A DNA stretch of 64,000 nt from Candidatus Latescibacterota bacterium (GTDB taxonomy: Bacteria > Latescibacterota > UBA2968). Location of the stretch: assembly GCA_965198115.1 (NCBI GenBank), contig OZ240241.1:5216001-5280000 (forward strand). The letters run 5' to 3'. The position numbers and the translations under genes were made by a program. The notes beneath the pieces were generated by a model. That model did no database searches. It worked only from the letters and a program-made list of their open reading frames with translations, and was not told the DNA's origin. Below are positions 40,905-50,438 of this stretch, piece by piece. The stretch's first letter is position 1; each line of letters starts with the position of its first letter.

Positions 40905-42518
40905 ATGCAAGTCGATACACCAACCGATCTGCACGCCCTCAATTTCGACAACCGCTTCGTACACGAACTGCCTGCCGATCCCGAAGGCGAAAACTACCGC
41001 CGCCAGGTCACGGCCGCCTGCTACTCCCGCGTGGTTCCGATCCAGATGCCCAATCCGAAGCTCGTCGCGTATGCGCGCGAAATGGTCGAGGAAATCGACC
41101 TCTCGCAAGATGTGTGCGAATCTGACGACTTTCTTCACATCTTCGCGGGCAACCGGATCCTCGAAGGAATGGATCCGTTCGCGATGTGCTATGGCGGCCA
41201 CCAGTTCGGCAATTGGGCCGGCCAGCTCGGAGATGGCCGGGCCATCAACCTCGGTGAGGTCGTCAATCGCGAGGGTAAGCGGTGGGTTCTTCAGCTGAAG
41301 GGGGCTGGGCCTACCCCTTATTCGAGAACAGCCGATGGGCTCGCGGTCCTGCGATCCTCCGTGCGTGAGTTTCTATGCAGCGAAGCGATGCACCATCTCG
41401 GCGTTCCCACGACCCGCGCACTATCACTCGTGTTGTCGGGCAACGACGTTGTCCGCGATATGTTTTACGATGGCCATCCAAAGGCCGAGCCAGGCGCCAT
41501 CGTCTGCCGTGTATCCCCCTCCTTCATCCGCTTCGGCAACTTCCAGATCCACGCGTCTCGCGGCGAAATCGACGTGTTACGCCGGCTGGTCGACTACACG
41601 ATCCGCGTCGACTTTCCGCATCTCGGTGATCCAGCGACAGAAACGATCGTTCGGATGTATGAGGAAGTGATCAGCAGGACAGCAGAAATGGTCGTCCATT
41701 GGATGCGCGTCGGGTTCGTCCACGGCGTGATGAACACGGACAACATGTCCATCCTCGGCTTGACGATCGACTACGGGCCCTATGGTTGGCTGGAGGACTA
41801 CGATCCGGACTGGACACCAAACACCACCGACGCTGGGGGGCGCCGCTATCGTTACGGCCACCAACCGCAGATCGCCCAGTGGAACCTGATGATGCTCGGC
41901 AACGCCCTGGCCCCACTGTTGGACGACGTCAAACCGCTCCAGGAGGTTCTCGACGGGTTCACCAAGCTATGCGAAGACGCCTGGCACGACACGCTCGCTC
42001 GGAAACTCGGCCTGAAGGCCTATCGCAAAGCAACCGACGACGAGCTCACGTCCGACCTACTGGCGCTGCTGCCGCTCGTCGAGACCGATATGACCATTTT
42101 CTTCCGCCAGTTGGCGAATGTCGAACTCACACCCGAATCCGAAAATCCGTCTGAGGCCGATCTGATTGCACCCGTTCTGGATGCGTATTACCAGCCAGAT
42201 GCACTGACAGAGGAGTACCACGCCCGGTTCACGCACTGGATGCGGCGCTACCTCGCGCGTCTCGAGCACGACGGAACGCCAAACGACGTTCGCCGCGAGC
42301 GAATGAACGCCGTCAATCCGAAGTATGTGTTGAGGAACTACATTGCTCAGTTGGCCATCGACAAAGCCGAGGAAGGTGATTTCTCGTTGGTCAACGACCT
42401 GCTCGAGCTCCTACGTCATCCCTATGAGGAGCAACCCGGACAGGAGGAATTCGCACAGAAGCGCCCGGAGTGGGCGCGACATCGAGCGGGGTGCTCGATG
42501 TTGTCGTGTAGCTCGTAG
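40905..42518 (+). CDS. selO: Protein adenylyltransferase SelO (YdiU family)
   Basis: YGGHQFG, QLGDGRA, QLKGAGPTPYSR, DGLAVLRS, GFVHGVMNTDN, DYGPYG, NPKYVLRN, C-terminal CSS. Confidence 0.96.
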   Translation: MQVDTPTDLHALNFDNRFVHELPADPEGENYRRQVTAACYSRVVPIQMPNPKLVAYAREMVEEIDLSQDVCESDDFLHIFAGNRILEGMDPFAMCYGGHQFGNWAGQLGDGRAINLGEVVNREGKRWVLQLKGAGPTPYSRTADGLAVLRSSVREFLCSEAMHHLGVPTTRALSLVLSGNDVVRDMFYDGHPKAEPGAIVCRVSPSFIRFGNFQIHASRGEIDVLRRLVDYTIRVDFPHLGDPATETIVRMYEEVISRTAEMVVHWMRVGFVHGVMNTDNMSILGLTIDYGPYGWLEDYDPDWTPNTTDAGGRRYRYGHQPQIAQWNLMMLGNALAPLLDDVKPLQEVLDGFTKLCEDAWHDTLARKLGLKAYRKATDDELTSDLLALLPLVETDMTIFFRQLANVELTPESENPSEADLIAPVLDAYYQPDALTEEYHARFTHWMRRYLARLEHDGTPNDVRRERMNAVNPKYVLRNYIAQLAIDKAEEGDFSLVNDLLELLRHPYEEQPGQEEFAQKRPEWARHRAGCSMLSCSS

Positions 42519-42560
42519 CGGTGCGGCTGGCGCCGTACCGGGTGTTCGGGGAAACCAATC

Positions 42561-42690
42561 TGTCCCCGCGCAGAGCACGGGGACAAGCACACGCGCATTC
42601 ATCGACTGGGCCCGGTCCTCTGGCAACCGTGAAAACCAGGCCCGGTTAAGTGAAATCCACACCCTCGCCCCCGTGCTCAGCACGGGGGCA
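42561..42690. repeat. Family B ~130-bp three-hairpin element
   Basis: Outer ccccgYgc..gcacgggg hairpins flanking a central gggcccggt arm. Confidence 0.75.
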
Positions 42691-42705
42691 CTAAACACTG
42701 AACAC

Positions 42706-43488
42706 CTAGTTCGTGTAACAGGACAACAACCCCCCATCCACAGGCAGGCTGACTCCGGTAATGCATCCCGCCGCCGGCGAACAGAGGAACACCGCCGCAC
42801 GCCCGATGTCCTCCGGCGTGCCACGCCGACGCAGGGGAATCGCACCATACAAATCCTCCTGAACGTCTCCGATCTCGGGCGGATCCGTGCCAAAGATGTG
42901 GGTTGTGTCCATATGACCGGGCAGGATGGCATTGCATCGGATCCCGTGTTCTCCCAGATCGACCGCCATACTCTGCGTCAGCCGCAGCACCCCTGCTTTC
43001 GCAGCCCCGTAGGCCGTGTCCGTCTTCCACGCCCGCTGTCCGTGAACCGATGACGTGCTCACGATTGCCCCGCCCTCTCCCTGCTTGACCATGGCACGAG
43101 CCGCCTGTTGACTGCACAGGTAGAAGCCTTTCAAGCCGACATCCAGGTTCGCATCCCAGTTCTCTTCCGTCAGCTCCAGAAAAGGCTGTCCCGTTCCTCC
43201 ATACGGATTGTTCGCCAGAAAATCGATCCGACCGAACCGTTTGAGGAAGGCCGTGAACATCACTTCGACCTGAGCACTGTCCGAAATATCACCCGCGAAG
43301 AATTCGGTCTCACGACCCTTCTCGCGGATCAGACGCATCGTCTCTTCGCCATCGTCGTCCAGCTCCAGATCGTTGATACCCACGTCACAGCCCGCCTCCG
43401 CGAAGGCCAGGGCGATCCCTCGACCGATTCGGCGTTTGCCGCCAGTCACCAAGGCTTTCTTTCCTTCCAGCGAATGGGGATTCGGCAT
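42706..43488 (-). CDS. SDR family oxidoreductase
   Basis: VTGGKRRIG, SSVHG, YGAAK, NAILPG, VDGG; start ATG 43488. Confidence 0.92.
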   Translation of the reverse strand: MPNPHSLEGKKALVTGGKRRIGRGIALAFAEAGCDVGINDLELDDDGEETMRLIREKGRETEFFAGDISDSAQVEVMFTAFLKRFGRIDFLANNPYGGTGQPFLELTEENWDANLDVGLKGFYLCSQQAARAMVKQGEGGAIVSTSSVHGQRAWKTDTAYGAAKAGVLRLTQSMAVDLGEHGIRCNAILPGHMDTTHIFGTDPPEIGDVQEDLYGAIPLRRRGTPEDIGRAAVFLCSPAAGCITGVSLPVDGGLLSCYTN

Positions 43489-43631
43489 ATTCAAACCTCC
43501 AGGTTTCGCGATGGATCGATCATCATCATCATCTGCTCGCCCGAGGATAACTATGCAGGCACCTGCACGCACATACATTATCTTGTTTGAATGACACTCG
43601 CACGGTAACCGCTGCCCGAAGGGGATTAACG

Positions 43632-44639
43632 ATGGAAGCTTTTCTCGATTCTACTGACGTACTGAATGATGCAGCTGGACTTCGCTCGCGTGCAGAGCGC
43701 GATGGGTATCTCTATCTACGTGGGCTGCTCTCGTCCGAGATGGTCGAGAGCCTCCGTCTGAAGATTCTGGGCATCGCGGCGGAAGCGGGCTGGGTACAAA
43801 CTGACCATCCTCTCGAAGAGGCGTTCGCTGACCTGAACGGTTTCTGCGTCGAACCCAATCTCGACTATATGGATGTCTACGCTCGGATGTACGCATTACC
43901 CGACTTTCACGCCATTCAGCATCATCCGAATCTCATCGCGGTGATGGAGGCCATCCTTGGAGACAAGGTCATTCCCCATCCGAGGATCATAGGACGCACG
44001 ATCTTCCCTCAAAAGGAAGCCTACACCACACCGCCTCACCAGGATTTCATTCCCATCCAGGGGACCGCCGACACGTTCACGGCCTGGTTTCCTTTGACCG
44101 ATCTCCCTGCCGAAATGGGGGGTCTCCAAATCTCCTCAGGCTCCCACAAGGAAGGGGTCTACAATTTTGAACCCGCGATGGGTGCGGGAGGAATGGCCAT
44201 CACGGATCAGCTCGAGGGCCCGTGGGTCACCAACTCCTTCGAACAGGGCGACGTCCTCGTTTTCCACAGTCTCGCCGTGCACAAGGGTGTCCCGAACTCG
44301 TCCGACCGTCTCCGAATGTCGATGGACGCGCGCTATTCACGCGTCGCCGACCCGATTGCACCCGGCAGCCTCCTCCCCCACAGCCAGCCAAACACGTGGG
44401 AAAACATCTACAGTGGATGGGAAGACGAGGATCTTCAGTATTACTGGCAAGAATGGGATCTCGAGATCAAGGAATACGACAACAGCTATTACGAAAAACG
44501 TGACGAGCTCGCGTTCGAAATGGCCGAGCGAGGCGATGACACGGCCCGCTCGGCTCTCCAGCGCGTCGTCGCCCGCGACACGGACCCGGCGAAGATCGAA
44601 CGGGCGGAAAAATTGCTGGCGCATTTGGATGCGCAATGA
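43632..44639 (+). CDS. PhyH-family Fe(II)/2OG dioxygenase
   Basis: RDGYLYLR, PPHQD, TAWFPL, GSH, GDVLVFH, HKGVPN, RMSMD. Confidence 0.9.
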   Translation: MEAFLDSTDVLNDAAGLRSRAERDGYLYLRGLLSSEMVESLRLKILGIAAEAGWVQTDHPLEEAFADLNGFCVEPNLDYMDVYARMYALPDFHAIQHHPNLIAVMEAILGDKVIPHPRIIGRTIFPQKEAYTTPPHQDFIPIQGTADTFTAWFPLTDLPAEMGGLQISSGSHKEGVYNFEPAMGAGGMAITDQLEGPWVTNSFEQGDVLVFHSLAVHKGVPNSSDRLRMSMDARYSRVADPIAPGSLLPHSQPNTWENIYSGWEDEDLQYYWQEWDLEIKEYDNSYYEKRDELAFEMAERGDDTARSALQRVVARDTDPAKIERAEKLLAHLDAQ

Positions 44640-44658
44640 TGTTTCCGTGCACTCATAG

Positions 44659-44788
44659 CGCCCCCGGGCAGAGCCCAGGGGCGAGCGTTTCGAATACTGT
44701 TAGCAGGGCCCGGTGTTAACCGTACCCTGAGACCGGGCCCAATCAACCGACCTACTCGCGCTCGTCCCCGTGCTCCGCACGGGGACGC
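44659..44788. repeat. Family B ~130-bp three-hairpin element
   Basis: Same layout as 42561 and 50303. Confidence 0.75.
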
Positions 44789-44809
44789 AATACGTGGAGA
44801 AACCCATCA

Positions 44810-45859
44810 ATGCCCATCATCCAGCACACCATCCTACGCCCTTTCGGCTACGCCCTCTTTGAAGCCGCCGGTCTCCCTACCGACCAGGCAAAAATTGCGA
44901 TGGACCATCTCGTCGACGCCAATCTCACCGGCCACGATTCCCACGGCGTCATCCGCACGCCCGGCTACGTCCGCGGGGTCCATTCGGGCGGAACCAAACC
45001 CGCGGGCAATCACAAAATCGTTCGCGAGACCCCGACGTCGATGACCATCGACGCGAACAAGAGCTTTGGCATCGTCCTCTGCAACCAGGCGATGCAGTGG
45101 GCGGTCGACCGGGCGAAGGAATACACGTTCGGTGCTGTCGCCGTCCACCAATCCAGTCACATCGGCCGCCTTGGCGATTATCCTCCCCTTGCGGCGGAGC
45201 AAGATTGCATTGGCCTCCTGATGCTCAACGGCGGGGGACGCTGGGCTGCTCCTTTCGGCGGAACGGGGCGACGGTTGCCACCCAATCCGATCGCCTTCAG
45301 CGCGCCGACGCCTGAGGGTCCACCTCTGATGCTGGATATGACCACGAGTATGGTCGCCGGCGGCAAGATTCATCTGGCCCTTGCTCGCGGCGAGCAGGTC
45401 CCCGAGGGCTGGCTTGTCGATCAGGATGGCAACACGACCACCGACCCGCAGCTCTGGCGAGATCGGAAGGCAGCTGTTTTCCCGATCGGTCATCCCGTTA
45501 CCGGGCACAAAGGCTATGGACTAGGAATGATGATCGACGCCATCGCAGGCGGTCTTTCCTGGGCGGGCTGCAGCGCCGAGCAACCGACTCGTGGTGGCAG
45601 CGGCTACATCGCGATTGCCATCAAGATCGAGGCCTTCATCGACCTCGACGAATACAAGAAAGAAATCGGGATCCTCATCGACTGGGTCAAGTCGTCACCC
45701 CTGATGCCCGGTTTTGACAAGATCTACTATCCCGGTGAGATCGAAGCTGAGACGCGTGCGAAGCGTGAAGCCGAGGGGATCTACATCGAAGATTCCTCGT
45801 GGAACAACATTCTCGAAGTGGCCGATGAACTGAGTGTTCCACACCCATCCGAGTCTTGA
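44810..45859 (+). CDS. Ldh_2 (malate/L-lactate/sulfolactate dehydrogenase) family oxidoreductase
   Basis: ANLTGHDSHG, HIGRLG, NPIAF, LDMTTS, GHKGYGL, YPGE. Confidence 0.92.
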   Translation: MPIIQHTILRPFGYALFEAAGLPTDQAKIAMDHLVDANLTGHDSHGVIRTPGYVRGVHSGGTKPAGNHKIVRETPTSMTIDANKSFGIVLCNQAMQWAVDRAKEYTFGAVAVHQSSHIGRLGDYPPLAAEQDCIGLLMLNGGGRWAAPFGGTGRRLPPNPIAFSAPTPEGPPLMLDMTTSMVAGGKIHLALARGEQVPEGWLVDQDGNTTTDPQLWRDRKAAVFPIGHPVTGHKGYGLGMMIDAIAGGLSWAGCSAEQPTRGGSGYIAIAIKIEAFIDLDEYKKEIGILIDWVKSSPLMPGFDKIYYPGEIEAETRAKREAEGIYIEDSSWNNILEVADELSVPHPSES

Positions 45860-45871
45860 TAGGAGCATCCA

Positions 45872-46711
45872 ATGCTTCAACAGCTGAATCATGTGGTGAT
45901 GGCGGTTGAAGATCCCGAAGCCTGTCGCGCGTTCTACACGTCCTTGCTCGACTTGACCGAGGTTGAAAGCGACGAGGCAGGCGTGTTCCTGAAGATCGGA
46001 CCCACGATCCTAGAACTGCGTCAGGATACCTCGAAAGCCGCGGCGGTCGATCAACCGTCCATCGACCACTTCGCACTCAATGTGAGCAGCATCGACAACA
46101 CCTACGACGCGTTGAAGGAACAGGTCGGTTTCAGGGCGCCACCCCAAACGACAGAGGTCGGCCACCGGAATATGCAGCGGGCCCTGCTCGCGTTCGAGGA
46201 TCCAAACGGATTCACCTACCAGATCGCGGAGACCGTCGACACGCGAGAGCACCTGGAGGCAAGACGCGAGGCCAAGCGACAGATGGCCACATCGAGAACA
46301 GGTGATGAACTCTTCAACGGCTTCGATCACATCTCCACTTACTGCACGGACTTCGCAGCGACCCGCTCGTTCTACGTCGACCAGCTTGGCCTCGAGGAGT
46401 TCTTCTACAGCAACACACGTGAAGAGGGCGAGGTCGTCGCAGCGGGATTCGAACAGGCCGCATTCGCGATCGGTGGAACGGACATCGAAGTGGCGACAGA
46501 TGAAAACTGGAACAACGTTCAGCCAGGGCGAGTCAAGATGCTCGGGTTCGCGACGGACGACGTCGATGCGATCTACTCAAAGCTGAGGGAGCGAGGAGCA
46601 GAGACGGAGAACGATCCCGCAGAGAATACGATCTACGGAAACGTTCGTGCGAGGTCTTTCAGCCTCCTCGACCCGAACGGCCTGACCATCCAGATCAGTC
46701 GGTCTCTTTGA
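45872..46711 (+). CDS. Tandem VOC-domain protein
   Basis: LNHV, LEL, DHFAL, FEDPNG; FDHI, LLDPNG. Confidence 0.82.
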   Translation: MLQQLNHVVMAVEDPEACRAFYTSLLDLTEVESDEAGVFLKIGPTILELRQDTSKAAAVDQPSIDHFALNVSSIDNTYDALKEQVGFRAPPQTTEVGHRNMQRALLAFEDPNGFTYQIAETVDTREHLEARREAKRQMATSRTGDELFNGFDHISTYCTDFAATRSFYVDQLGLEEFFYSNTREEGEVVAAGFEQAAFAIGGTDIEVATDENWNNVQPGRVKMLGFATDDVDAIYSKLRERGAETENDPAENTIYGNVRARSFSLLDPNGLTIQISRSL

Positions 46712-46739
46712 CACTGACCATCGAATTGAGGAAGGAAGT

Positions 46740-47477
46740 ATGCTGACCGAGAAGCAGGTCTTTCACTTCAAGACTTTTGGATTCCTCGTTATGCGTCAGG
46801 TCTTCACACCCGATGAGCTTCGTACCCTCAACGCAGAGTTCGAGTCGAAGCTGGAAGCCGCCTACTCGCATATGCCCTTCGACGGCACGAAACGCCACTG
46901 GGTTCCGATGCTCGGCCCGGAGACGCCTTTCTATGCAGGACTCCTGGAGGATCCCAGATTCAGCGAATCCGCCGAACAATTCTTCGACGAGAATGTGTTC
47001 GGCATCGTCTGCGACGCCAACCGCTACGTCGGAGACACGCGCTGGCATCCGGATACCAAGAGCCACCGCCAGTATGGCGTCAAGTTCGCCTTCTATCTCG
47101 AACCCGTCGGCGCGGAAACCGGCGCCCTCCGCGTTCTGGCTGGGTCGCACAAGCAACCCTATCACGACGAGTTGAGGCAGGCCAGGGAAGAAGATCGGCT
47201 CGAGCTCGCCGAAATGCCGGCTTACGTGTGTGAATCCGAGCCCGGCGACGTCGTCGCTTTCGATTTGCGAACCTGGCACGCCAGCCTGGGAGGCGCCGAC
47301 GATCGACGGATGTGTACGCTCGTCTACTACAACTACCCGAAGAACGCCGACACCTTCGCCAGATTCGGCCTGCCTCCGCAGCCAAAATATCCGGAGGCGT
47401 GGGTGGCCAACACGTCGAACCACCCGAAGCGGGCAAAGTGGATCGAAACGATGAAAGAGCTCCAGTTCATTCGGTGA
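46740..47477 (+). CDS. PhyH-family Fe(II)/2OG dioxygenase
   Basis: TFGFLV, WHPD, LRVLAGSH, PGDVVAFD, WHAS, RRM. Confidence 0.88.
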   Translation: MLTEKQVFHFKTFGFLVMRQVFTPDELRTLNAEFESKLEAAYSHMPFDGTKRHWVPMLGPETPFYAGLLEDPRFSESAEQFFDENVFGIVCDANRYVGDTRWHPDTKSHRQYGVKFAFYLEPVGAETGALRVLAGSHKQPYHDELRQAREEDRLELAEMPAYVCESEPGDVVAFDLRTWHASLGGADDRRMCTLVYYNYPKNADTFARFGLPPQPKYPEAWVANTSNHPKRAKWIETMKELQFIR

Positions 47478-47769
47478 GTGTCGGCCGCAGACGATCAGGA
47501 GCAGAGCGATATCCGAAATCCGAGAGATGGTCTCAGATTTCCGAGAGAGAGACATCTATGTAGTCCAGACACCTGCATCTGGACTAGCAAACTCGCTCTA
47601 CGTCGATTGGCCAGACTGAGGGTTTGATCTTCGATCGTTGACTGCATATTCTTCTCGCCAGCCAGTCAAACAAGCCTGACGGAAGAACCGATACACATTG
47701 CCCGTTCCGGCGGGCGATCCAGCTCAGGGAAATCGCGTTTCCCAGGGTTAGATCGCTCGCTTTTTTTGT

Positions 47770-49189
47770 GGCTATATCCGGATCTCTCAACGAGATGAAG
47801 TGGGTGAAGGTGCCGTGGTTCCTGGCATGGGGGCGCGGTTAGAGTGTGCGGAACCTCTTCGGAATCTGCTCAGGGATGTTTATGTCTCCGACGGTAAGGA
47901 AGATCATATCGTTGAATGCGTCGAGTGTGCGGAATCCGCTGGCTCGGTTCTTGACGATTTGGACGATTCGGTTGAGGCCTTCGGCGATGGCGTTGGTAAG
48001 ACGCGTGTTCACGAATGCGAGGACGCCGAAGAAGTGCTGTCGCAGGGTCCTGACGAACTTTCGCAGGGGTTCAAGTCGACTTCTGAGTGCGGACGTCGTC
48101 CAGCATTTCAGGAAGCGTTCGGCAGCCCAGGGCGCTTTGTATTCCCAGAACTGCTCGAACTCGTCCTTGAGTCTCCAGGCTCTATAGATTCGGTAGTTCG
48201 CCTTCTCCAGTGCTTTGAGTGTCCGAGTATCCCCTCTGGAGCGTGTCGCTGAGTGCCGGTAGAGGAGCCATCGGAGGCCCTTCATGGCTTTGCGCTCATC
48301 CGGGGCAGCTTTACGCCACTGGTCCTTACGGACCTCGTCAACGGCGGCATTGAGAGCCTTGACGATGTGAAAGCGATCGAGGACCAGCTTGGCATTCGGA
48401 CAGTGTTCCTGGATGGCTCCGATGTAAGCTTCGCTCATGTCGCAGCGGGCCCACTCGATCTTGGATCTCCGGTAGGGACTGAGAGCCTCTGTGAAGAACC
48501 GATCGATCGTTTTACGCGCCCTGCCGCGGCCAACCCACACCACGCAGGAGCGGTCCAGATCGTAAACGAGCGTGGCGTACCTGTGACGCTTGGCGTAGGA
48601 GATCTCGTCGATCCCGATGGTTTTGAGCCCTCGGATACGATGACCTTCACGAAGCCGCGTGATGGATCGGTGACGGAGATCCGACAGCGTCGAGGCAGAG
48701 ATGCGCAGCAACTCGGACGCCGCCTTCTGCGTCATGGTCTGGCAGTAGCGCAGCATGGCATACTCGAAGCGATACGTCACCCGAGAGAACCGCTCCGCCC
48801 ACGGAATCTCCTCGACCACACGACCGTGGGTAGGACACCGAATCTCCCGAGGATGGTAGAGAAGCCAGACCCTCCACCCGCACACCGGAATGTCACGCCA
48901 CCGACGCGGATGGGGCATTGTGCGGACGATTTTACCTCGACGGCCGCACTCCGGACAACAACAACCATTCTTATGTGGCTTTACGGCGATGACGAAACAG
49001 CTTCTCCCCTCAAACCACCAGCTGACAACACGGAACCCCTTGAATCTCAGCAGTTTCGATAGTAATCTGCTCCCGGTCATAGGTCGCACCCCCTTCGCTT
49101 TGATTGTCCTACACACACAACCAAGCGTAGGGAACGATCTATGACCTTGTCATTCTATAGTTTCACCGTTGAGAAACCCGGATAGAGCC
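47770..49189 (-). mobile_element. ISL3-family insertion sequence, 1420 bp
   Basis: Imperfect terminal inverted repeats ggctatatccggatctctcaacg / ggctctatccgggtttctcaacg enclosing the transposase; no target-site duplication seen. Confidence 0.9.
47839..49116 (-). CDS. ISL3-family transposase
   Basis: CPECG zinc finger, IGIDE, CDMS, LDRFHIV, TNAIAEGLN, RASGFR; start may be ATG 49080. Confidence 0.95.
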   Translation of the reverse strand: MCRTIKAKGVRPMTGSRLLSKLLRFKGFRVVSWWFEGRSCFVIAVKPHKNGCCCPECGRRGKIVRTMPHPRRWRDIPVCGWRVWLLYHPREIRCPTHGRVVEEIPWAERFSRVTYRFEYAMLRYCQTMTQKAASELLRISASTLSDLRHRSITRLREGHRIRGLKTIGIDEISYAKRHRYATLVYDLDRSCVVWVGRGRARKTIDRFFTEALSPYRRSKIEWARCDMSEAYIGAIQEHCPNAKLVLDRFHIVKALNAAVDEVRKDQWRKAAPDERKAMKGLRWLLYRHSATRSRGDTRTLKALEKANYRIYRAWRLKDEFEQFWEYKAPWAAERFLKCWTTSALRSRLEPLRKFVRTLRQHFFGVLAFVNTRLTNAIAEGLNRIVQIVKNRASGFRTLDAFNDMIFLTVGDINIPEQIPKRFRTL

Positions 49190-49263
49190 GAATATCTCTC
49201 CATCTCATATATCTGAACTCGGACATCGGATCTCTGATATCGCTTTTTTACACACTCAAGAGG

Positions 49264-50250
49264 ATGCACGCATCCATGCCAAAGCTCAACGTGCTGTATC
49301 TGCCGATGAAGGTCCTGGATGGCCAGTGGGGCGAAGAGGTCATCAAAGCCGTCAGCGAGAATCACAACCTCGCTGTTCTGAACGACGGCCCGATCGCCCC
49401 GCAGTTCGGTGGCATCGACGTCGTCATCGATCACGGCGGAAGTGTCAGTACCCGGGAGATGATGGACGCCGCCGCCGAATCCGGCGTGAAGTTCTGGCAG
49501 GTCTTGGGAACCGGCTTCGACCACTTCGATCTGGATTACATCAAGGCGAAAGGTATCCCTGTCGGTAACTGTCCCGGTTTCTTCAGCAGCATTCCCCTCG
49601 CCGAAACGGCGATGATGTACATCCTGATGCTCGCCCACCACTACCGTCAGGGCGCTCAGAACTTCCAGAATGAAATCCTCTACCAACCCATCGGACGCGA
49701 ACTCGACGGCGCTGTCCTCGGCCTCCTCGGATTCGGCGCCAGCGGCCAGGATCTTGCCCGTCGTGCGAAGGCCTTCGGGATGCGCATCCACGCTACCGAC
49801 ATCCGCGAAATCGAACCCGAAATCCTCGACGAAATCCAGCCCGATTTCCTCGGCACGCCCGAAGACACCGATCGCATCTGCGCCGAAGCCGACTACCTCT
49901 CCGTCCACCTCCACCTGAACACCGAAACACGTCACACCATCGATGCCCGCCGCATCGGCCTGATGAAACCGACCGCCTGTCTCATCAATGTCGCACGCGG
50001 CGCCCTCATCGACGAAGCCGCAATGCACCAAGCACTGCTCAACGACAAAATCGGCGGAGCCGGCATCGACGCCTACGAACGGGAACCCCCCGATCCAAAC
50101 GAGCCCGCCTACCAGCTCCCAAACGTCATCGTCACCCCCCACATCGCCGGCACCACGACGGGCACCGCGAAAAGACGCGCGCGATGCGCCGCCGACAACA
50201 TCGATCGCATCGCCGAGGGGCTCGAGCCGCTTTATCGGATCGACCAGTAG
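49264..50250 (+). CDS. D-isomer-specific 2-hydroxyacid dehydrogenase
   Basis: GTGFDHFD, GFGASG, LINVARG, DAYEREP, TPHIAG. Confidence 0.9.
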   Translation: MHASMPKLNVLYLPMKVLDGQWGEEVIKAVSENHNLAVLNDGPIAPQFGGIDVVIDHGGSVSTREMMDAAAESGVKFWQVLGTGFDHFDLDYIKAKGIPVGNCPGFFSSIPLAETAMMYILMLAHHYRQGAQNFQNEILYQPIGRELDGAVLGLLGFGASGQDLARRAKAFGMRIHATDIREIEPEILDEIQPDFLGTPEDTDRICAEADYLSVHLHLNTETRHTIDARRIGLMKPTACLINVARGALIDEAAMHQALLNDKIGGAGIDAYEREPPDPNEPAYQLPNVIVTPHIAGTTTGTAKRRARCAADNIDRIAEGLEPLYRIDQ

Positions 50251-50302
50251 TGGGACGTCGCCAATAGGCCTAGGGTTTGCCAGCAATTACGATGTGCTAA
50301 TG

Positions 50303-50430
50303 CGTCCCCGTGCGGAGCACGGGGACGAGCGTTGGGACTTGCCTATCACGGGCCCGGTATTCGCGCATCTCGAGCACCGGGCCCATCACAACTGAATGAA
50401 ATGCTTTCCCCGTGCTCCGCACGGGGACAC
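50303..50430. repeat. Family B ~130-bp three-hairpin element
   Basis: gtccccgtgcggagcacggggac ... gggcccggt..accgggccc ... ccccgtgctccgcacgggga. Confidence 0.78.
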
Positions 50431-50438
50431 TGTAGCAA

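Noticed and set aside
42490-42560. Selenocysteine read-through in SelO
   Set aside because: The gene ends CSS followed by TAG; there is no in-frame TGA or SECIS-like context.
47584-47790. 68-aa minus-strand ORF as an IS passenger gene
   Set aside because: It starts inside the IS terminal repeat and has no recognisable motif.
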